Shown: piece by piece, positions 1 through 11,131 of the stretch
Position numbering within the stretch: position 1 is the first letter of the stretch
How the letters are laid out: every line of letters begins with the position of its first letter
The notes under the pieces: model-generated
What the model was told of the DNA's origin: nothing
Databases searched by the model: none
Seen by the model: only the letters and a program-made list of their open reading frames with translations
Source of the DNA: Nemertoderma westbladi
Lineage: Eukaryota; Animalia; Xenacoelomorpha
Assembly: GCA_032718475.1 (NCBI GenBank)
Contig: JAUCBJ010002262.1
Span: 1 to 35,898, forward strand
Direction of reading: 5' to 3'
Length of the DNA stretch: 35,898 nucleotides
Made by a program: the position numbers and the translations under genes

Positions 1-976
1 CACACTTGCACCATTCTTGTTCATTATTGTGGTTGACTATGTTCTACGCATGTCCTTAGATCATTATAATGATGATGGGGTGATGATAACTCCACCTACT
101 GGCTCCAGAAGTCGAGGAAATCCTGCCAAGTACCTAACTGATCTAGACTTTGCTGATGACTTAGGAGTACTCTCAGAATCATTAGAGGGAGCCCAACGGC
201 TCCTCAGCTCATTAGAACATGCTGCTTCTAGTGTTGGTCTTTTTATTAACTCCAGAAAGACCAAAATTCTGACAGTTAACTTTGAAAGTCCTCAGCAAGT
301 CTCTGATCAGATGAGCATAAGCTCAAAGGATGGTATGCTTGAGCATGTGGACGACTTCTGTTACCTGGGATCATGGATCCGGAAGTCAGGTGAGGACCTT
401 CGAATACGTAAGGGAAAGGCATGGGCAGCCTTGAATAGGCTTTCCAGGATTTGGAAGTCACCGAGAATTAATCGGAAACTTAAGGTCCGATTATTTAGAG
501 CAGCAGTAGTTCCAGTACTCCTCTACGGGAGTCCATGCTGGGCTCTAACTGCTGAGGACACCAAATCTCTGGATGGCACATTCACAAGAATGCTACGCCG
601 GGTTCATTGTGTCAAGTACAATGCACACATCTCCAACCAGACACTATATAACATTGGAGGTGTCTCATTGGTTCCCCCAAGCTTGATACTAGAACAAAAT
701 CGCCTCCGCTTTGCAGGACATTGCTTTCGCCGTGAGGACCAGCCAGTGCATAATCTTGTACTTTGGCAGCCTCATGGAGTGAATAAGCATGGTGGACAGC
801 CCATGACTTTCTTGAGACGCATCTTAAAGGACACTGGCCTTAAAGATGCGGATGATCTAGCAAATGTCATGGGTGATAGGGAGTTGTGGCGGTGCAATTT
901 TGTTGACAAGCCGTCACAGCATTCTTAAAAATGCAGCTGCAATGCACCATGCCGATCCTAGTAGTAGTCCTAGTAG
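1..976 (+). mobile_element. RTE-like non-LTR retrotransposon (LINE), 3' part: RT C-terminal half, short 3' UTR and (TAG)n tail; 5' end lies left of the window
   Basis: ORF 17..928 has the RT motif LDFADDL, FCYLGS, RIRKGKAWAA and VLLYGS..W, typical of RTE-clade ORF2. After the stop come about 30 bp of UTR and tagtagtagt. Confidence 0.92.
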
Positions 977-1660
977 TGTAGTTAGTTAATTTATAAACAT
1001 TATTTTCTACTTTACTAACTTAACATTTTGTTAAGCTGTTATCTCTAAAGTACAAGCTGCAGCATATCCAGCTGTAATAGGAACCGACTGGCATATTATG
1101 TTGAGAGAGTAGTACAGTAGGGTCGCGTCTCCCAGCATTACAACTACAGGTAACAGCCAAAAGAGAGGTTCGGTTTGCTATAGCAGTCTAGTGTTTCGTA
1201 TTTCTCGTTCTCCCATAACTTTTAATTTTACCTTTTTACTCATTAACTTCTCAACAAACGCACCGGATTTTGTTACAGATTTGGAATCCTCCAATGCTGC
1301 CTTACCATTGTAACATAAATCCATTATACAGTAACGTCGAATAATAACTGAGTTGCAGTTGGAAAACGCAAAATTTCGACTGTTATTATAAACATTATTT
1401 ACCAAAATGAATTCTGTCCAGCAGTACCGTACAGTATTATTATGAAGGAAGTTCCTTTGCTGCACTATTTTCCAATCCTATGATTGGTTGATACAGGCAA
1501 CTACGTGCAAGGTATTTTATGAAGTTCATGGTGTTGGGTTTAAACCGGCTACCAAACATCAATAATTATTATTAACAGTAACAGAAGAGGGTCACATTTT
1601 GAAACTGATTTCAATTGACAGGTTGAAATTCAACTATTCTGTCCGAGTAAAAGAAATTGA

Positions 1661-2145
1661 TACTACTACTACTACGATCGGTATGATGCATTGCAGCTGC
1701 ATTATATATATATATATTCATATATTAAGAATGATGTACCGGCTTGTCGACAAAATTGCGCCGCCACAAATCCCTATCACCCATAAAATTTGCTAGATCA
1801 TCCACATCTTTAAGGCCAGTGTACTTTAATATGCGTCTCAAGAAATTCATGGTCTGTCCACCATTCTTGTTCGCTCCATGAGGCCGCCAAAGCACAAGAA
1901 TATGCACTGGCTGGTCCTCACGGCGAAAGCAATGTCCTGCAAAGCGGAGGCGGTTCCGTTCATGTGTCAAGCTTGGGGGAACCAATGGGACACCTCCAAT
2001 GTTATATAGTGTCTGGTTGGAGATGTTTTCATTGTACTTGACACAATGAAGCCGGCGCAGCATTCTTGTGAAAATGCCATCCAGAGATTTGGTATCCTCC
2101 TGCTGTTACGGCCCAGCATGGACTCCCATATATGAGTACTGGTTC
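1661..2145 (-). mobile_element. 5'-truncated copy of the same RTE-like LINE, tail-to-tail with the first copy
   Basis: ORF 1725..2063 aligns with the C-terminus of ORF 17..928 (MLRRLHCVKYN...NFVDKP). A (TAC)n tail starts at 1661 and a (TA)n run is inserted in the UTR. Confidence 0.93.
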
Positions 2146-3016
2146 AACAGCAGTAAGAAACCAGCATGGACTCTCCCAGATATAGGAGTTCTGGTTCTAC
2201 AGCAGTTAGACCCCAGCATGGACTTCCATATAGGAGTACCGGTACTGGTTCTACTGCAGTTAGATCCCGGTATGGACTCCGATATAGGAGTTCTGGTTCT
2301 ACAGCAGTTACAGCCCGGCATGGACTCCCATATGAGTATTGGTTCTACAGCAGTTAGAGCCCAGCATGGACTCTCGCAGATATAGGAGTTCTGGTTCTAC
2401 AGCAGTTAGACCCCAGCATGGACTTCCATATACAGTAGGAGTTCTGGTTCTACAGCAGTTAGAGCCCAGCACGGGCACCCATATATGAGTATTGGTTCTA
2501 CAGCAGTTAGAGCCCAGCACGGACTCCCATATAGGAGTTCTGGTTCTACAGCAGTTAGAGCCCGGCATGGACTCCCATATAGGAGTTCTGGTTCTACAGC
2601 AGTTAGACCCCAGCATGGACTCCCATATAGCTTGTTCTACTGCAGTTAGAGCCCAGCATGGACTCCCATATTCCCATATAGGATTTCTGGATCTATTGCA
2701 GTTAGAGCCCAGCACGGACTCCCATATAGGAGTTCTGGTTCTACAGCAGTTAGACCCCAGCATGGACTTCAATATATGAGTATTGGTTCTACAGCAGTTA
2801 GAGCCCAGCACGGACTCCCATATAGGAGTTCTGGTTCTACAGCAGTTAGAGCCCGGCATGGACTTCAATATATGAGTATTGGTTCTACAGCAGTTAGAGC
2901 CCAGCACGGACTCCCATATAGGAGTTCTGGTTCTACAGCAGTTAGAGCCCAGCATGTATTCCCATATAGGAGTTCTGGTTCTACAGCAGATAGATCCCGT
3001 CATGGACTCCCATATA
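2098..3016. repeat. 48-bp minisatellite (about 19 units) derived from LINE RT coding sequence
   Basis: Unit gcagttagagcccagcatggactcccatataggagttctggttctaca, seen as 16-aa periodicity in the ORF track. The unit matches LINE sequence at about 10578..10628 and the reverse complement of about 503..553. Confidence 0.95.
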
Positions 3017-3534
3017 CAGTCCCTATCTCATTCTAGATACCGTTTCTCAAACTGGGAACCTTTTCTTTTACCTCACTCTTACTAACTCAAACCTGTCTGG
3101 TTTACTCAAACCCAACTCAAACTCGCGTAACCCCCCACTGTGCACTGTGTAGTATTCATACAACAAGCTGTCTGTGTTTAATGGCCCACTCGCTTCTGTT
3201 ATACTCTGCCTACGGGTACTTGATGGTCTCCTGCTGTTATAACATTCCCTTAACTTGATTTGTTTGTGTCTAATTAACTCTGGTAGACAGCGAGAATTAA
3301 CTTGCAGACTCAGTGATCAATGACTCAATTTATTTTTAAATTTCAGAATAAAAAAATTATATGCTAAATTATTAAAGTGAAGAATTATAAATTTTTTTAT
3401 TACATTTATTAAGCATGTATGACTCATAACATATTAACGTTATTTTACTTTAAATTATAACCATGTAATATAACGAACCAATTTTATAATTTTATTTTAA
3501 TGTTGCGTATATTTCGCTAATGTTTCTAATGATT

Positions 3535-3656
3535 AAAACTAATACAAACTAATATTTAATAGGCAATATATATGCGCTAAATTAAATTTTCGAAAAGTAC
3601 AGCAAACCTATTCGCGATAGAGTTTCCACCATCAACTTAAACTGACCGAGAAAGTT
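3535..3656 (-). pseudogene. About 120-bp diverged duplicate of the last PDHX codons and proximal 3' UTR
   Basis: Aligns with 21730..21855 (aaaact.atacaaactaatatttaat...aaactgaccgagaaagtt). The TAG stop has become TAC. Confidence 0.88.
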
Positions 3657-4670
3657 GTTAGAAGTTCTTTAGAGTTCGTTAGATCCCGAAGTCTTTAGAC
3701 TTATCATACGTTTCTCTACCGATTAATTAATATTTCAATATTTGAAGCCGAAATCGGAAATTTATTGATCTTATATGATTATATATCTGACATATTGGGG
3801 AATGTCTATTTTAGCTGAATTGTACCACATAAATAATTATAATTATTAATCTATTTTCAACCATTGATGCTATTCATCATCAATTCTGGTTCTGCCCATA
3901 AACTGAATTGAATCATACATTTACTATGGGAACTGAATCATACAGTTACTGGGGGACCTTTGACATGGAATCTCCTAACATATTACAGTACACCGGTACT
4001 TTATAGGCCTACTCAACATGAGGTAGTCGTGGTAGGTTGAAAAAGATCTAAGAATATTGTTTCAAACTGATTTACATTATTAACTGATTATCAATATCAA
4101 GATTTACATAAATAATGAATGTTTCAATCTGTTGTTGTATAAGTTGATATTTACTAATCTTTTAAGTACAGTAATACATGGTGTCCTCCACAAAACTTGA
4201 ACGATTATAAACGACAATACGAGTTCTTCGTCTGCTAAAAGCCAGAAAGTAAACTTAGATGATGATAGTCGATTATTTTAGTTTCCATGTTATCCCAGTA
4301 TATATTTTTCAATTTTAACAGTTTTCTACCAATTCTATATTACCAAACAGTATTCAACTGTGCTATTTATAATCTTAGATTATTTTATTTATCAATGACG
4401 TACTTTTTCTACCAATAATTTATTTATTACAAAATGTGTTAGCACCGTTTTATTATAGCTTTGTCAATCTAGCATAAAACAAAAAAGTAATGCGCTTTTT
4501 AATGGTCGTTCAAATTTCACATCGAGTTATTCAAGAATGAAATCGAACCAAATATTACGTGACATATATAATATTCATTACATAAGTTACATACGTACAT
4601 TGTCGTTATCCACCATTTCTTGCACCACCGATTTATGTACCGAATAAAGCTTACATTTCCACGATAAACA

Positions 4671-4847
4671 ATGAACCCGTATATAAACACGAATCCGCTA
4701 TTACGTGGATTCTATTTCTACATTCTTCCTTTTCTGCGAATTCAATCAAAAAGACGAATTACCAGTGATGACTTGTTTGCACCACTTCCGGATAATTTAA
4801 CAGCCGATCATCAATATAAGAGTCTACTTGGAAGCATCAAAGACCAG
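4671..4847 (+). CDS. ABCC4: ABCC4/MRP4-like transporter, coding exon 1 (N-terminal lasso/L0 motif)
   Basis: MNPYINTNPLLRGFYFYILPFLRIQSKRRITSDDLFAPLP resembles the ABCC4 N-terminus (NP...AN..SR.FFWWL.P.F....KRRL..DD.Y..LP). The phase-0 donor CAG|GTTGGT at 4847/4848 fits the phase-0 acceptor at 11591. Confidence 0.85.
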
Positions 4848-5497
4848 GTTGGTTTACTTTGTATTCTAAAATTTAATCTTTTCTTAAAAAGTTTCTCAAC
4901 GATAGTCTTATAAAATTAGACTAAAATGATACAAAAAAAATTGTTCATTCATAGCTCTTTGAGAAAAATTGCTATGGAAGAAAACACAGAGAAAGGTATT
5001 TTAAAATAAATAGTGAAATTTGTTAACATTATTTCAATAGTATTCCAACCAGCTGTATGAAAGCACCTGCTCGCTAACTTTTAGTCAACAGTTGGTAACT
5101 AGAAAATTATTATTGCCATAAAATCTAAGAACAACATAACTTTACAATCATCAGGAACAGAAACACTTCATCGTTAAAAGGAGAACCACAATGGGAACAT
5201 GATTTAAGTTTACCGACACGGCATTCATGTCAATTGCTGCTATCCTAAATTGAATATTGTTGAGCTTTGGGCCAAGAAACCCAGATACTGGCGCAAATTG
5301 TCTGCAAGTAAAAAAAGTGAATTGCATCGCATATTGACAGCAAGTAAAGTAAACTTTGGTCTATCACTTTGATTAGAAATCATCGCCACTGTAACCTCCT
5401 CCTTTATTCCCTTAATGTTTTAATTAGAATAAAAGAAAATACATTGTTAAGACTTCTAAATACATATTATCTATTTGCGGTAATTTTTCGCCCTTAA

Positions 5498-6375
5498 GGG
5501 GGGGGTATACCCCCCCATGAACCTTTTTTTAAAATGGCTGTCAAATAGTGTTAAATGATAATATTGCTATTCTGTCATGGTCAACCACTGTATGGAAGGC
5601 CAAATAGCCTTTATAGTAAAATTTGAAAATTTGTAGCCTCCCCCTAGCGGCTGGCGGCGGAATTAAAGATTTCACTAAAATTGCTACTAGTCCCTCAATT
5701 TTGGTCCAAATTTCTTGAAACCAACTTTTTTGGACTCAGCGTGATCGACTCTACAAAAGTTATCTTATAGAATTTTTAATTAGCCATTTTTATTTTAATT
5801 AATTAATTTAATTAATTAATTATCATATTTTTAATTAAAATTGGCTAATTATAAAAAATGGAAATATTTATCAAAATTTTATAAGATAACTTTTAAAGAG
5901 CTACCAAAGCTCGTTCGAATGAGCCATAAAAGAAGAAAATTGGTTGAAAAATGACGGAGGAGTAGTAATTTGAAAATTAAAAATGTCATTCCGAGAAAAT
6001 GCCCTTCAAAGTTTAAACCGTCCCACCAAAATTGGCTGTCTGCGTTCTGGTTGGTTAATTATTTCGGGCACGAAGGATGCACACCAACGAGCTAAAATGT
6101 TCATTACGGGGGTTTTCGGGGTCGCTGATTTCATTTCCGATGTCAGTTTTAATTTTTGGTGGAATCTAGTCTATTTGTCTGTCTGTCGGTCTTCTGTCTT
6201 TCTTACAATTTGACGGACAGACCGTCATACGGAAAAACAGTGATAACTCGTGAACTGAAAGAGGTCTCACTAAGCGGTTTTCAGATTTGTAATCCTCATT
6301 AAATTCTGCTCTAGGTGAAATAAAGAAACAACAATTTGAAAATTTTACCTGAGGGGGGTATACCCCCCCCCCCCC
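5498..6375. mobile_element. Non-autonomous TTAA-flanked DNA transposon, Kolobok-like (in ABCC intron)
   Basis: TTAA at 5494..5497 and 6376..6379 flanks terminal inverted repeats G(n)TATAC(n). GG...CC termini with a TTAA target fit Kolobok rather than piggyBac. Internal inverted repeat at about 5755..5894; no transposase ORF. Confidence 0.72.
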
Positions 6376-6454
6376 TTAATTCAGAAATACATGAAAAATA
6401 ATAATTGTTAGTAGAATAAGGATAATAATTAACAGCGACGGATAAATGTGGGGT

Positions 6455-6678
6455 GGTCAGGTCAGGTCAGGTCAGGTCAGGGCAGGTCAGGTCAGGTCAG
6501 GTCAGGTCAGGTCAGGTCAGGTCAGGTCAGGTCAGGTCAGGTCAGGTCAGGTCAGGTCAGGTCAGGTCAGGTCAGGTCAGGTCAGGTCAGGTCAGGTCAG
6601 GTCAGGTCAGGTCAGGTCAGGTCAGGTCAGGTCAGGTCAGGTCAGGTCAGGTCAGGTCAGGTCAGGTCAGGTCAGGTC
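6455..6678. repeat. (GGTCA)n pentanucleotide microsatellite, about 44 copies
   Basis: Near-perfect run with one GGCAG variant at 6481. Confidence 0.99.
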
Positions 6679-7539
6679 TGGTCTTTCTGCGTCATTGATC
6701 CAGATCGATTGCCTTCCCCTATACAGCATAAAGTAAGTGAAGTTTTTGGAATAGTGACCTTCGATATTTATATTTTTGAGCTTTCAAAGAACATGACGTT
6801 CAAGCTCACTTAACAAACGAGACATAGTACAATCTCAGCAGTAACATCGTATTACCAAAATCCAGTGTACCCTGTATGAACAACGGATGAGACCCACCGG
6901 CTACTAATCAACCTGTGCATGCTCACTGATGACTAGCAGACCCTCGCAGTCGTCACTAATTATGTCAATGACCTAGGTTGTATTTCCAACATCTATGGCC
7001 ACCAACAACAGGTGGAGCAGGAACATGTGTTAACGGGACTCTGTCATTTAACTTCGATCCTAGTAAGCCGGAGTTATACTGTTCCTGCGCTTGGCCGGTG
7101 AAGGCTGAAGGATTTTAATGACACCACTGGCTTGGGTCCATGAGCTCCTCGTATTTTGTGATCTTTACAATAATAACAGTTCGCTGATAGCTCGCAATTT
7201 TGACTCGCCCCACAAGAGCACAACATTATGGAAGGGGAACAGAGAAGCACTACATCTTGAGTAGCGGTTGGGCTTCCTCTGGTGATTATGAGAGTACTTC
7301 TAAGTCATCAAAAAAGACTAGATCACTTATAGGTAGGTACTTAGCTGGATTTCCTCGACATCTGGACCAGTAGGAATCAGGGGGGGGGGGGGTGTTATCA
7401 TCACCACATCATCACTATGGAAGTCAATGGTTATGCGTAGGATATTTTCGTGAGTCTCGTCAATCTCGATTGGTGCAAAGCTGTGCGCAATATAATTCTA
7501 TAAAATCGCTAAAAGTCCAGGAAACTACGGCTTCGCAGT

Positions 7540-8540
7540 TCATTAGAACATGATGCATCTAGTTTTGTTCTATTTGTTAACTCCAAGAAGACGACAATTG
7601 TCGTCTTCTGGAAGGCATGAGCAATTCAGGATTTGAAAGTCACATAGGAACTTAAGGTTAAACTATTTAGACTACTCCTATATAGGGGTCTATGCTCTAA
7701 CTTCAGCATTACAACTTTTGTCGGGCACAGCTTTGCAAAGCCGGCATTGACGTCCAGGTGGGAAGTCTGACGCTCTAACCATTAAGATAGCCGCTCAGGT
7801 AAAAGGTAGACCTGGAAATACTAAATGATACCTTGTATCATCACAATTTACCTCCTCATGGCCTCCCATCTGTCAATACCATCATATGCTGCCACTGTGC
7901 TCAATCAAACCTACCGTACTTGGCGTCGTTAACCACTCGTTACAATGAAAGGGTAGTGTATATTAACCATGAACCATCACGGCCACAATGATTAATCATA
8001 CATTCTAGCTACTAATTTAGGCAAGACAGTTAGAACCAGTAATTGCAGTAGAACCAGTACTCATTCACGCACATTCACGCACATTCACAAGAATACTACC
8101 AGGGTTCACTGTGTCAAGTACAAAGCACACATTCCAACTAGACACTATATAACATTGGAGGTGTCTCATTGGTTTCCACAATCTTAACAGTTAAACAAAA
8201 GCCGCCTCCGCTTTGCTGCAATGAATGAATTGATTACAGCCTGTGTACAACCATGTGCTTTGGCAGCCTCATGAAGAAAATGAAATGGATCTGCAAGATG
8301 GACAGCCCAGGACTTTCTTAAGAGATCTCTTAAAGGACATTGGCTTTGATGATGCAGATAATCTCGCGTAAGTCTTGGGGGATAGGATGCTGTAACGGCG
8401 CAAATTTGTTGAAAAGCCGGAATGGCACTTAATGTACGTTGCAACACAGCTAGCAAATTGTAGATTGCACGTGGGTGGCACAAATTATTGTTAAATTATA
8501 ATAGAATCTCAATGTGCAGCTGCAATGCAGCCGGCCGATT
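7540..8540 (+). mobile_element. Degenerate plus-strand 3' segment of the same LINE family inside the old minus-strand copy
   Basis: 7540..7700 matches about 209..550 with deletions. 8085..8420 matches about 578..912. 8512..8540 matches the 3' UTR (tgcagctgcaatgca). Confidence 0.8.
7708..7797 (-). mobile_element. tRNA-derived SINE, internally deleted copy
   Basis: Reverse complement of 15940..16048, lacking the B-box segment. Confidence 0.75.
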
Positions 8541-10157
8541 ATAAAAAGATAGGACGTAGTCAACCACAATTATAATAAGAATGGTGGATGTGTCACCCTA
8601 GAGGACTCCACATAAAACTCGGAATTGACCTGCGTCACCCTCATCAGTAGACACAAATAGCGTCAAACCATCATAGATCCGATTGCTGCAATAATTTCCG
8701 TATCCCATATAATACAAGTATGCTGAAAGTACGTGATCGAGAGACTGAATCGGAGGCCTTGAAGAAGTCAACAAAGACAACAACAGCCAGATATCTGTCT
8801 TTCTTTTTAGATATCTCTTATATTATCATTCCAAGCACCAGAATGGACTTTATAGTCCAACGACCTTTATGGAACCCATTCTGATTTCCACGTAGCAGTA
8901 TCTCTATGGGATCCCTTATTGCTTATTGATTAGGGATCCCTTAATTGAGATTGTATTGCTTTGCAGCAATCGGGATAAACGAGATTACACAAAGAGATTC
9001 ATAGAATGTTAGGTTGCCCTTCTTGACATCGGGTACCAACATATTCGTTTTAATTTCTTGTGGGATTATCTTTGCTTGGTACATATCTATTATGTTGGTG
9101 CCATCACTCATTGACACACTGCACCACAAGAACTTAATTCGTCCAATTCCTGACCTTCAATTTAATTATTTTATATTATTTATAAAGCAAACTTTATTAA
9201 TATTATAGTAGTACCATATTGTACTATTTTATAACTAATTATAAATTTTAACAGATTGTGCGTTTTACCTTATTGCCAATTGTGCATTGTGCCCATAATG
9301 GGGCTTAATACAATTATTAAATATGATGGTGTGAATTATCTCCAAAACAAAAGACCTCAAGGGGGACACCTCTACAACTCCACTGGCACGATTAACTATT
9401 AATGCTCTTTGCGGCTGCCTCGACTTCAGCAAAGGAGATATCACCCAATGGGTACATCTGGGAGTACAGACTCAGGCACTTTTAGATGTTCCACAACGTT
9501 ATCAGGAAATACCCTGTCATTATTGAATTTAGGAGCTTTTCAAAGTGAGCCTTCCAACCATTAAGGCGAGATCAGCTGGAGATTCATCCTTAAGCGTGGT
9601 AGTTGGTTGGCTTTTCCACCCAGTCAGCAAGTTGATCAATTTCCATGCCAGGTTGGATTCCCTGCTGTCATCAGCATCATTGATGGCATCAACCTGCTGA
9701 TTGATATGCTCTTGTAGATTATCAGAGTATTACCTATTCAGGGATCTACAAGCAGTCTCAACGGCATTCTTGGCTGCTGTGGTCTGTTTGAGACTGGAGT
9801 CTTTCTTTATGCCTTTCGGAGATAGTTTCGACACCTCCGAATTTGGTGGTCTGTCCAGGGTGCCTTTTTCTAGCTTCGAGGGTATACAGGAACTGTTTCT
9901 GCAGCTGCTGCTAATGTGATCTGCTGACAAAGTGATCTGCTGACTCATGGGGCATCATATATTTTGCTCAGTTCTAGTTTGAATCTTGTTCTCACATTGG
10001 GCGGTTGCAATAGAGCGGACGGACCAATCATGCTGTGGCAATGAACATTTCTTAGCTCTGCTAGCGTGGAGACGAAGTCTCACCTTGGCTACAATAAGGC
10101 AATGAACACTTGTAAGGGAGCGAAATCATGCGCTGTATTTCTTACGAATCAGAATAT

Positions 10158-10838
10158 ACTACTACTACTACTAGGATCGGCATGCTGCATTGCAGCTGCA
10201 TTTTTAAGAATGCTGTGCCGGCTTATCGACAAAATTGCACCGCCACAACTCCCTATCACCCATGACATTTGCTAGATCATCCGCATCTTCAAGGCCAGTG
10301 TCCTTTAAGATGCGTCTCAAGAAAGTCATGGGCTATCCACCATGCTTATTCACTCCATGAGGCTGCCAAAGTACAAGATTATGCACTGGCTGGTCCTCAC
10401 GGCGAAAGCAATGTCCTGCAAAGCGGAGGCGATTTTGTTCTAGTGTCAAGCTTGGGGGAACCAATGAGACACCTCCAATGTTATATAGTGTCTGGTTGGA
10501 GATGTGTGCATTGTACTTGACACAATGAACCCGGCGTAGCATTCTTGTGAATGTGCCATCCAGAGATTTGGTGTCCTCAGCAGTTAGAGCCCAGCATGGA
10601 CTCCCATAGAGGAGTACTGGAACTACTGCTGCTCTAAATAATCGGACCTTAAGTGTCCGATTAATTCTCGGTGACTTCCAAATCCTGGAAAGCCTATTCA
10701 AGGCTGCCCATGCCTTTCCCTTACGTATTCGAAGGTCCTCACCTGACTTCCGGATACATGATCCCAGGTAACAGAAGTCATCCACATGCTCAAGCATACC
10801 ATCTTTTGAGCTTAAGCTCATCCGATCAGAGACTTGCT
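10158..10838 (-). mobile_element. Young 5'-truncated RTE-like LINE copy with an 11-bp target-site duplication
   Basis: Nearly identical to 294..965, with a (TAG)n tail. The TSD AATCAGAATAT is at 10147..10157 and 10839..10849. Confidence 0.95.
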
Positions 10839-11131
10839 AATCAGAATATGGTCTATCAGGCACTTATGACCACTGGGTCCAGTAAGAGTCCACAGCTTTC
10901 CAGTCCGTTTCTTGAACTGTGTCCCAGCCGAAAATAATAAATTTCCAGAGATGAAATCCTGAAGATGGACTAAATTTCGTTTAACACTGTCGCTGTATAC
11001 CCATAGCGATGTTGTGGAGCATTGGAGACTGGCAATAAAGTCACCCAGGTAAGGCAATGCCCGCTCGCCTTGTTGCATTGGTGATCCATTGGTATATTAA
11101 CTGAGGCTCTGCTCTAGTGATTTGCCTCTAG

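Larger units (their letters stand above)
7290..11130 (-). mobile_element. Old, degenerate, near full-length RTE-like LINE (APE endonuclease, linker, RT), fragmented and interrupted
   Basis: In minus-strand order: LGDFIA and LWT..GPSGHKCLIDHILI (endonuclease, 11078..10840); S.HCLIVAKVRLRL (about 10100..10070); AWKLIN linker (about 9640); KKGNLT..IS.IPIAAK.YN (about 9030..8950); QNGF.KGR (about 8870); VFVDFFKA (about 8770); GVL.GD (about 8600); 7442..7290 matches window positions 45..175. Confidence 0.85.

Noticed and set aside
1178-1465. Short AT-rich or antisense ORFs here and elsewhere (e.g. 12074..12322, 21971..22387, 35485..35820)
   Set aside because: No recognisable motifs; these are shadows of real genes or chance ORFs.
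2098-3016. CRISPR-like array or repeat-protein gene (ORF 2308..3003)
   Set aside because: The units are contiguous with no unique spacers, the context is eukaryotic and there are no cas genes. The ORFs arise because the 48-bp unit is a multiple of three and derives from LINE coding sequence.
6446-6813. GQVRS-repeat ORFs in three frames
   Set aside because: Translation artefact of a stop-free pentanucleotide microsatellite.
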